Source: Candidatus Marinacidobacterales bacterium | Lineage (GTDB): Bacteria > Acidobacteriota > Vicinamibacteria > Marinacidobacterales > SMYC01 | Assembly: GCA_965224085.1 (NCBI GenBank) | Contig: CBDCYI010000004.1 | Location: 1,088,001 to 1,152,000 of the forward strand | Length of the DNA: 64,000 bases | Reading direction: 5' to 3' | Shown here: positions 57,601 to 64,000 of the stretch, piece by piece | Numbering within the stretch: position 1 is the first letter of the stretch | Layout of the letters: each line of letters opens with the position of its first letter | The notes under the pieces: generated by a model | Told to the model about the DNA's origin: nothing | Databases searched by the model: none | The model's input: only the letters and a program-made list of their open reading frames with translations | Translations under genes and position numbers: made by a program

Positions 57601-58266
57601 ATCGGGCTCGTCTACGAGCGGAAACGCGACATAGACGGAAGGATCGTCGACCGTCTTGTAGCCGAGGCCGACTTCGGCGGAAGAGAGCGCCGTTCCGCCT
57701 TGCGCCCACCACCAGAGGACTTTGTGACCTTTGTAGAGCAGGTTCTTCTTGAACAGCTGGGCGAGCGCCCACCAGACGCTCTCGACGTAGCGTTTGTGAT
57801 AGGTGACGTAGGCGTCTGAAAGATCGACCCAGTGGCCCATCTGCTCCGTCATGCGCTCCCACTCTTTCGTGTAGCGGAAGACAGAGTCCATGCAGCGCTG
57901 AATGAACGCTTCGACGCCGTAGGCCTCGATCGCGGCTTTGCCGTGGATACCGAGCTCTTTTTCGACTTCGACCTCGACGGGCAGGCCGTGGGTGTCCCAG
58001 CCTGCTTTGCGCTCGACATAGAACCCGCGCATCGTGCGATAGCGCGGGAATATGTCCTTGAAGACGCGGGTCAGTACGTGGCCGTTATGGGGCTTTCCGT
58101 TGGCGGTCGGCGGCCCGTCGCCCCAAATGAAGCTCTCGCGTCCTTCGCGCATCGCGACGCTCTTCTCGAAGATGCGCCGGTCTTTCCAGAACGCGCGCAC
58201 CTTCTCCTCGGCCTTCGGGAAGTCGACAATGGCTTCCGCTTTCGCGAAACGGGGCGAATCGGTCAT
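54670..58266 (-). CDS. ileS: isoleucine--tRNA ligase (type 2)
   Basis: GPPTANG, GWDTHGLPVE, WTTTPWTLP, GTGLVH.APAFG, DWALSRERYWGTP, DCWFDSG and DQTRGWFY; no C-terminal Zn finger. Confidence 0.96.
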   Translation of the reverse strand: MTDSPRFAKAEAIVDFPKAEEKVRAFWKDRRIFEKSVAMREGRESFIWGDGPPTANGKPHNGHVLTRVFKDIFPRYRTMRGFYVERKAGWDTHGLPVEVEVEKELGIHGKAAIEAYGVEAFIQRCMDSVFRYTKEWERMTEQMGHWVDLSDAYVTYHKRYVESVWWALAQLFKKNLLYKGHKVLWWWAQGGTALSSAEVGLGYKTVDDPSVYVAFPLVDEPDTSLLVWTTTPWTLPSNIYAAVKPDIDYVVVQDEARKFIVASALRESIAAKLGRDLPVVRELKGKVLVGKRYLPPFDDYYARYGTTEVVSKQSGTVPMFWKVLAADFVELDQGTGLVHEAPAFGEVDHNLHRTIVAGYEDPDAVPLLCAIGSDGKFTAEVPSLTGLWVKDADKQIIRTLKERGTLVHHETLRHEYPFCWRADDDPLIQFARPAWFIRTTALIDRAIANNRAVNWVPDHIKEGRFGDFLANNVDWALSRERYWGTPLNIWVNDVTGKMVAPTSVDEILKKNPDAFRSFQEAKKKNPDLSEHLLVHKPWIDDVTFTEPNEEGVYRRVPEVIDCWFDSGSMPFAQWAYPHHGHEKFKETFPADYIVEAIDQTRGWFYSMLMISTLVFEHDYPHPYKTCIVLGHVSDKEGKKESKSKGNYTPPEVILEKVAMDFAVIDATKVQAKDGVALIAHEDLEGLDLDPGVAVVVGGIELRLEAAKGLPRRVVVLPDDVRNKLGVFAAERGLAMLPADVPRLPGNQKVTLEDPDTPAPGADAFRWFFLATNPPWGSKRHSLGNVRASQKEFPIKLRNVYSFFTIYADIDGFDPTKEKGRPVAERALLDRFILSELAKLNASLIEHLDAYRAYEAARELTDFVDALSNWYLRRSRIRFWGSERNDDKIDAYATLYEALVTVTKLAAPFVPFMTEEIYQNLVRGPFGPFEEDAPESVHLCDYPKPDSARVDALLNEDMAVVRSIVSLGLRVRTDNRLKVRQPLLKAEVTLSRPELDERIRVYGELIAEELNVQKVVFVHGAEEHVEYLVKPNFRKLGPKVGKKMPAVKAALAAANGSALRAAIVETGKAEILVDGETLSLDLEDIEVGVQAKAGYAAASDQAAVVVLATELTPELLEEGKYRELLSRIQAFRKTLGLEYTQRIRLALDGPDAFGAIVDSRREHFLEETLCVDLEDALEDGTAREVEIDGEKMTIWLSKA

Positions 58267-58291
58267 AAGCTTTCATCTTAACGCAGAACAT

Positions 58292-58407
58292 CTAGAGTGC
58301 TCAGTGCGCGCTCACTCCTCGTGAGCGCGCTTGTCCTCTGTCAGCCCTGTCGGGCCGGGCTCGCTCCGCTCGCGCAGGGTGCAGATGAGTTTTCAGCACC
58401 GTGCTAG
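58292..58407 (-). repeat. dispersed MITE/REP-like element, copy 2
   Basis: Reverse complement reads CTAGCACGGTGCTGAAAACTCATCTGCACCCTGCGC..GAGGAGTGAGCGCGCACTGAGCACTCTAG. CTAG occurs at both ends. Confidence 0.85.
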
Positions 58408-58769
58408 TGCTCGCGGTCCTCTTGGACGAAGCCCATCTTCTCGGCAAAGCTCTGGGCGAAGGTGCGCATCTCGCCTGCCATCTCCCGCTCGGAGGTCGCG
58501 CGCTCGAAGGTGTCCGCCATTGTCAAGAGGGTCTGGAACGTGAAGAGCTTCATCTCGTCGACGAGCATCTCCGAGGTCCAAAGGTCGATGCGCATCGCTT
58601 TTTTCTCTTCGTCGTTCCACACGGAGAGCATGATGGATTTCGTAGATTTCGCATCGTCTTCGGAAGCGTCGGTCGCCGACCATTCGATCGACTCCGGCAT
58701 CTGCTCGCGGTTCAAGCGGATCTTGAAGTGGATTTCCGCGCTACGTGGGGCGTTCGTGGGATCGGCCAT
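58404..58769 (-). CDS. gldC: GldC-family protein
   Basis: EIHF.I.L...PE.IEWSATD, K.IMLSVW, RIDLWT.EM.VDEMK.F.FQTLLTMADTFERAT and FAEK, matching my recollection of Bacteroidota GldC. Confidence 0.85.
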   Translation of the reverse strand: MADPTNAPRSAEIHFKIRLNREQMPESIEWSATDASEDDAKSTKSIMLSVWNDEEKKAMRIDLWTSEMLVDEMKLFTFQTLLTMADTFERATSEREMAGEMRTFAQSFAEKMGFVQEDREH

Positions 58770-58834
58770 GGCCGGCGGATCCTATCACGTGGCAGCGCAA
58801 CGACCGCTCGCTGCTCACTCTGCGGAAAGAGACG

Positions 58835-59584
58835 TCAACCCGGTCCGTTCTCCTTCAAGAACGTTTGTCGAAAATCATCAATGAGTTGAGTCAAGAATCC
58901 GTCGAGCCCGGCCGCGTCTCGATCTTCTCCCGTGAACGTGCGCTTGGACGCATCGAGAAGCGCCGCGTGCGCCCCGGAGAGATCACCCGTCAAAAAACGC
59001 ATCGTGCCGACGATGACGAGCGTCTCTTTGGCCGTCGCCGCGGGCTCTGTCTCCAGAAGACCTTCCGCAAGCGCGAGGGCCCGTTCCCGAGCGGCGTGTG
59101 CCTCTTTTGATTCACCCGACTCGGCCAAGTGATATCCCGTGATGCGCTCGAACTCGCACCAGAAATGTTCGTCTCGTCCCAATAGCCCATAGACCTTGCG
59201 TGCAATGTCGAGGCGCGTCGTTATGGGAATCTCGAAATACGGAACCACGGGCCCCTCGATCGCGGCCTCGCGCTCGAGCATCGCCGCCAAATCGGTGATC
59301 TCGTCAGGCGGGATGGCCTCGAAGTCCGACAAATAAGTTGAGAGATGACACCGCCGGCACGTGTAAGCGAAGAAGTTGGTCGTTGCCGGCCAGAATACAT
59401 ATTGGTAACGCGACGGCTCTCGATAGACGTAGGTACCGTAACTCCCCGGGGTTTTGAAGAGGTTCACCGTGGCGCAGACAGGACAGGTGACGTCGACGTC
59501 GACCCAGGTACTGGAAAGCGCGCGCCGGGACACGCCGAGGAGCAAACCCGATGCGATGAGCATGTCCCGCCGCGTGACCAGCAC
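58835..59584 (-). CDS. zinc-ribbon plus helical-repeat protein (DUF2225-like) with Tat-like signal
   Basis: TRRDML N-terminus, CPVC..CRRC pairs and TPR-like helices. Confidence 0.65.
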   Translation of the reverse strand: MLVTRRDMLIASGLLLGVSRRALSSTWVDVDVTCPVCATVNLFKTPGSYGTYVYREPSRYQYVFWPATTNFFAYTCRRCHLSTYLSDFEAIPPDEITDLAAMLEREAAIEGPVVPYFEIPITTRLDIARKVYGLLGRDEHFWCEFERITGYHLAESGESKEAHAARERALALAEGLLETEPAATAKETLVIVGTMRFLTGDLSGAHAALLDASKRTFTGEDRDAAGLDGFLTQLIDDFRQTFLKENGPG

Positions 59585-59694
59585 ACCAATAGTATACCTC
59601 TCTCGCCTGCGAGATCTTCTGCAGGTACTATCGAGTACGGCAATCCTGTGTGGCGCAATCAACAGCCCTGGCCGTAGGGCGCAGTGTAGCCAAC

Positions 59695-60051
59695 CTAGCG
59701 CTCGACGAACGACTTCAGCCGCGATAACGCTTCGTCCCACTGACGCGAGACCGTATCGAGATAAGACCGCGCATCGTCGATCGGTGCCGGCACGAAAGTG
59801 AACCGGCTTTCGCGCCCCACTCGGCTCGAGGTGACGATGCCCACGTGCTCCAGCACGCGAAGGTGCTTCGTGATCCCTTGCCGGGTGAGGCTCGAGCCGT
59901 CGGTCAGCTGGGCGATGGAACGCGACCGGCCGTCGATGAGACGAGCGACAAGCTCGAGCCGCGTTGCATCCCCCAGCGCGGCAAACACAGGCGCCGTGGA
60001 CGCACTTCCGGGCTCAGTCGACGTACGCGGCAATGTTGTTGACCTGTTCAT
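59695..60051 (-). CDS. ArsR/SmtB family transcriptional regulator
   Basis: VFAALGDATRL, TRQGITKHLRVLE..G.V..RVGRE and WDEALSRLK. Exact start uncertain. Confidence 0.92.
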   Translation of the reverse strand: MNRSTTLPRTSTEPGSASTAPVFAALGDATRLELVARLIDGRSRSIAQLTDGSSLTRQGITKHLRVLEHVGIVTSSRVGRESRFTFVPAPIDDARSYLDTVSRQWDEALSRLKSFVER

Positions 60052-60460
60052 TCCACCCCTGGGTGTTCTCCCGCATGGCATCGACGCGTCGTTCGTCGTC
60101 GGGCAGTGCGCTGAAGCCGGACTCGGAGATGACGAGGCGCGTTCCGCTCCCGGTAGGCTCCAGCCGGAACTCGACCAGCGTCTGCGGCTCCAGGGCCGAG
60201 TCCGTTTCAGGGTCGACGTTGTAAGGGCACCACGTGTAGGCGAAGAGTCGGTCCGTCTCCATCGTTTTGATCTGCGCTGCCCACTTCATGTGCTCGTAGC
60301 CCGGATAGGTCATCCGCCCCCGCGAGACCCCGACGACGACGAACGGCCCGTCAAGATCGACGCGGAACCACTCCCCGAACTCCTGGTGGTCCGTCAATGC
60401 CCGCCAGACGCGCGCGACCGGTGCCTTTAGCTCAACTGTTTTCTCAATACGATCTTCCAT
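60014..60460 (-). CDS. SRPBCC/Aha1 family protein
   Basis: IEKTVELKAPVARVWRALTD..FGEWF, TLVEFRLE..GTRL.I.ESGF and GW. Confidence 0.93.
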   Translation of the reverse strand: MEDRIEKTVELKAPVARVWRALTDHQEFGEWFRVDLDGPFVVVGVSRGRMTYPGYEHMKWAAQIKTMETDRLFAYTWCPYNVDPETDSALEPQTLVEFRLEPTGSGTRLVISESGFSALPDDERRVDAMRENTQGWNEQVNNIAAYVD

Positions 60461-60465
60461 GAGAT

Positions 60466-60526
60466 GCAACCTCCTGGTTGCTCATAATGTGCCACGAAAA
60501 TTCGATTCGCGCAACCATTTTGTTGC
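60466..60526. promoter_or_regulatory. paired palindromic operators (probably ArsR sites)
   Basis: GCAACC-tcct-GGTTGC at 60466-60481 and GCAACC-attt-TGTTGC at 60511-60526. Confidence 0.7.
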
Positions 60527-60725
60527 TTATTTGATGGGGGTTCATCCGACTTCTCCATTTGGAGCAACCCACAATCGGATTCCCGAGGTCACCGCCGCAG
60601 GAGTGAATGCGTCAACCGCGACGATTCGACGCAGTGTTGTCTCTCGGACGGTGGAGCAAACAACGCGAACTCCTGAGCATGGCCGCTCGCGCGCAAACGC
60701 CTAGAGTGAGTCGAGGAGGTCAATC

Positions 60726-61115
60726 ATGAACAAGAACGCTAAAGGCGTCGCACTCGATGAGTACGACGTCGTCGCCTATTTCACCGAGGATCGTGCCGTG
60801 CGTGGCAGCTCGGAGCTCGCCGTCGAGCACAACGGCGCTACGTTCTATTTCTCGAGCCAAGAAAACCGCGACTTGTTCAGCCACTCACGCGAGCGTTACT
60901 CGCCGGCGTTCGATGGCTATTGCGCGTTCGCCGTCGCTCGGCACAAGGCGCGCGCGCCTTCGGACCCAAAAACCTTCAAGGTCTACAATGGGAGCTTGCT
61001 GTTGTTTTTCAACGACCTTCATGAAGGCAAACCGGTGAACACGAAGTTGATCTGGAACGCGAACGAACGACAGCACTACCAAAACGCAACCCGGAACTGG
61101 CCAAGTATCGAGTAG
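60726..61115 (+). CDS. YHS domain protein
   Basis: YDVVAYF, GATFYFSSQENRDLF, Y.P.FDGYCAFAV and DPKTF. RBS GGAGG. Confidence 0.88.
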   Translation: MNKNAKGVALDEYDVVAYFTEDRAVRGSSELAVEHNGATFYFSSQENRDLFSHSRERYSPAFDGYCAFAVARHKARAPSDPKTFKVYNGSLLLFFNDLHEGKPVNTKLIWNANERQHYQNATRNWPSIE

Positions 61116-61118
61116 ACG

Positions 61119-61176
61119 ATGACCGACGTACTCGCGACTGCACTCGAAGCGATCCGGCTTCGTGGCACCGTCTACC
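61119..61176 (+). pseudogene. N-terminal scrap of a cupin-AraC regulator
   Basis: MTDVLATALEAIRLRGTVY starts 3 bp after the YHS stop; the similarity then ends. Confidence 0.55.
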
Positions 61177-61275
61177 GCTTGTTCCGCTTGCGCCGCTTGT
61201 CCTCCCGCACTTGATCAGAAACGTCGCCAAGAACGTCGACAACAATCGGCAGGTCATCATCTTTCCCTCCTGCAT

Positions 61276-63015
61276 TTAGTTCGTTCCCGCCGCCATGCCT
61301 TCCCCACGCGGATCGGATGCTCCGTAACGAACTCCCGTCCCGGGATCGACTCCGGCAATCTGGGCGTTTCTCATGGAGAACAGGGCTAGCCACTCGATCC
61401 GGTATCCGCGACGGGTGAGCTCGCGGGCCACCGCCTCATCGATCCGATGTTCGATGTGAACCGTGTTCGCCGCTCCGGGAGAGCCCATGCCCCAGCCGGT
61501 ATAGAAGCTGGACGTGATGCGGAAGCGGGGCGCCTCCTGAGCCTCCTCGAAGCTCTTCCCCCAGATCAGCACGTTGGTCATGAGGAAGAACGGGTTCGTG
61601 ACGCCTCCGGACGAACCGGCCGCAAGAAAGGGCTGGCCTTTTTTCAGGACGACCATCGGGGACTTGGGGGACATGAGCCGTTGACCCGGATGCCCGGGGT
61701 GCCCGCCGGCGGAGTTCAGAACCATGCCGTCCACCAAGAGACCCGAGCAGGAGTACACACAGCCATAGATCGTATTCGTGAGGGAGCAGAGATTGCCCTC
61801 CTCGTCGACGACCGAGATGTTGTTGGTGTTGTGCTCCTCCGGGATTCCCCCGTTCGGCCCGTGTGACGCGGCGCTGACCGTTGGTTCGTCCGTCGCCTGG
61901 CGCTTCATTTGCTCGATCTTGTGGCGAATCATCTCGTAGCGCTTCCTCGCATAGTCCTTCGAGATGCGCGCCCGGGCGATGGTCTCGTCGAGCTCCGGAA
62001 TCCCGGTGAACTTCCGTACGTCGACCGCCCGCATCGTCTCGATGAGCCATTGCAGGGAATCGGCGGACTCCGTGTAGTGCCCCATCGACTCCAAATCCAC
62101 GTTCTCGAGAATTTGCAGGGCCTCGATGAGCCCCACCGGACCGACGAGAGGCGGTCGCGTCGCCAGGATCTCGAAGTCCTTGTACGTACCCCGGAGAGGC
62201 TCGGTCTCCCAGACCTCGTACGAGCTGAAATCCTCCAAGGTCGGCTTGCCGCCGATGGCCCGGATCTCGTTCACCATTTTTTCCGCGAAGGGTCCCCGGT
62301 AGAAGTACTCGGGCCCCTCACGGACAATCGCCTTCAAGGTCTCGGCCAGCTCGGGCTGCTTGAAGGTCTCGCCGACTCCCGGCAGAAAACCGTCCGGCGC
62401 GAAAAGGCGCCTTCCCGAAGGATGGAGGGTCAGCGTCGCATAGTTGGCTTTCATCGTCGCATAGGCGTCGTCGTGGATCGGAAAGCCGTTCTCCGCGTAG
62501 AAGATCGCGGGCTCCATGACGTCTTTCCAGTCGAGCTTGCCATGCTTGTCGACGGCGGTGTGGAAGCCGGCAACGGCTCCCCCAACGCGAATCGAGCGTC
62601 CGGTGCGCCCGTCCCTCTGTCGGTTGTAGGGGAGGACCTCTTCACCAAAGGAATGCGCTTCGAAGTTGAGGGCGACCGCCTTGCCACTCGTCGCGTTCCA
62701 GTAGACGAGTCCCCCGCCGCCGCCGAAGCTCGTCTTGCCGTTGTCGACGACCGCGGCCACCGCCGCCGCGGCCACTGCCGCATCCACGGCGTTTCCGCCG
62801 CGACGGAGCATCTCGAGCGCGGCTTCGGTGGCAAACGGGTGAGGGCTCGCCACCATCCCGCCGCGGCTCGAGGCAAGCTCCTTGTGCCCGAGGCGAATGA
62901 AGTCACTTTCGACGGGATAGCGGTGTTGGGATGCGGACAAGAGCGGCAGGCAAAGTACCCCCAGAGTCGAGAAAGCCAGCCGGCAACGTTTTCGCCACGC
63001 CGTGTTCGTTTCCAT
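61276..63015 (-). CDS. secreted gamma-glutamyltransferase family protein
   Basis: Signal peptide, GMVASPHP..GGNAVDAAVA, FGGGG, QPELAETL, NTNNISVVDEEGN and GASDPRGEG. RBS AGGAGG. Confidence 0.9.
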   Translation of the reverse strand: METNTAWRKRCRLAFSTLGVLCLPLLSASQHRYPVESDFIRLGHKELASSRGGMVASPHPFATEAALEMLRRGGNAVDAAVAAAAVAAVVDNGKTSFGGGGGLVYWNATSGKAVALNFEAHSFGEEVLPYNRQRDGRTGRSIRVGGAVAGFHTAVDKHGKLDWKDVMEPAIFYAENGFPIHDDAYATMKANYATLTLHPSGRRLFAPDGFLPGVGETFKQPELAETLKAIVREGPEYFYRGPFAEKMVNEIRAIGGKPTLEDFSSYEVWETEPLRGTYKDFEILATRPPLVGPVGLIEALQILENVDLESMGHYTESADSLQWLIETMRAVDVRKFTGIPELDETIARARISKDYARKRYEMIRHKIEQMKRQATDEPTVSAASHGPNGGIPEEHNTNNISVVDEEGNLCSLTNTIYGCVYSCSGLLVDGMVLNSAGGHPGHPGQRLMSPKSPMVVLKKGQPFLAAGSSGGVTNPFFLMTNVLIWGKSFEEAQEAPRFRITSSFYTGWGMGSPGAANTVHIEHRIDEAVARELTRRGYRIEWLALFSMRNAQIAGVDPGTGVRYGASDPRGEGMAAGTN

Positions 63016-63076
63016 CAGCGACCTCCTGTTCCTTGAAGAAGACATGTGCCGGCCTGCGGCACCGTCTCCTCTGAGC

Positions 63077-64000
63077 TCAACGCCGGGTCGGTGGAATGGG
63101 GCGCCCCGGCGTCCACGCTACCCCGTGCTGGTCGAGCTTCTGATAAAAGGCCGGTAGCGCTTCGGTGGAGAGCCTCGTTAGCTGGTCCACGATCTCGTTC
63201 AGCCGCTCGGAGCCACGCCGCTTCCATCGCTTCTGGTCCTCGGTGGGCGGCGCCGTCGATCCTTCCACATAGGCGTAGACCATGTTGATCTGGTCGACGA
63301 CGCGAAAACGCTTGGGCATGGTGCCTCCGAAAAGCCCCTCCTGCGGTTCGCTCTCGCGCACGATGTCCCCGACCTGCTTGGAGAGCGTCTCGACCTCGGA
63401 AACGAGCGCCGCCGACACGTCGGGGAGCTCCTCCAAAGCGGACGTCACCGCCCTCAACTGGTCCTCGATCTGCCCGGCAGCGGTTCGGACGGCTCGTACC
63501 CTGCCCTGAAGATGCGTCAGCTCCACGAGCATGTCGTGCCATTCGCGCCGGGCCGTATCACTCATGGAGATGTCGGGGTCGGCTCGACGCGAACGTTCTC
63601 GGTGTGCAGTGCATCCTCCACACGAAGGCGGACCTGGTACTCGCCGGGCATCACGAAGGGTCCGTAAGGAACGTTGAACGAGCTGCCTCTCTTGGTCTCC
63701 CGGCCCGCACCGCCGGCGGCCTCATACACCAGCGGGTGACGCAGGTCCCAAACCGCCCGCTGAATGCCGGTGCCCGCCGGGCCTTGCGGAACCTTCAAGC
63801 GGCGCACCAGGTTGTTCTGAGCGTCATAAATCGCCAGTTGAATGGAAGCCCCGCTCCTCGTCTCCGTACCCCCGTCGCCGGCCGTGATCGGCTCCGCGCT
63901 CGAAGACGACATGAGCTTAGGATTCACGTAGTACGTGATGATCGCTCCGTCGGGAGGGTTCGGGGCCCGGAAGAACTGTTCACCGAGATTGCCGCGGCCC
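63077..64000 (-). CDS. C-terminal part of a large glycosyl hydrolase/BNR-VPS10-type protein with a one-base frameshift
   Basis: APNPPDGAIITYY..GIQRAVWDLR..GPFVMPGEYQVRL..V then, in another frame, DPDISMS..APPTEDQ. Shift near 63582; the gene enters from beyond the window. Confidence 0.8.

Noticed and set aside
60726-61115. YHS protein (and MsrA) as further selenoproteins
   Set aside because: Both have ordinary Cys codons at the redox position and no in-frame TGA.
1-64000. CRISPR array, rRNA, prophage or integron
   Set aside because: No regularly spaced repeats, cas genes, rRNA-like segments, phage genes, integrase or attC series were seen.

Overview
GC-rich bacterial chromosomal segment. The gene repertoire (ADOP-type permease, TonB receptor with a carboxypeptidase-regulatory N-domain, many Tat/Sec hydrolases) suggests Acidobacteriota, possibly Vicinamibacteria-like; this is an inference. 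Main contents: an intact IS1380-family element with a 4-bp target duplication; a sigma54 regulator with a divergent hydrolase gene and a readable -24/-12 promoter and enhancer; a selenocysteine-containing NAD-linked formate dehydrogenase operon (UGA plus SECIS, with the Fe-S N-terminus split off into the last gene); and a five-gene operon encoding a GT4 glycosyltransferase, an EhpF/GriC-like adenylating enzyme, a GriD-like reductase and a MacB/FtsX-type ABC exporter. That operon is the best candidate for an undescribed pathway. Also present are msrA, amrS, hflKC, convergent valS and ileS (IleRS with non-canonical HNGH/KESKS motifs and a ~100-aa insertion), a GldC homologue, two copies of a small CTAG-ended dispersed repeat, and many gene remnants and deletion scars. 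Three single-base frameshifts may be sequencing errors. No rRNA, confident tRNA or CRISPR array was seen. All family assignments come from motif recognition by eye, not database searches.
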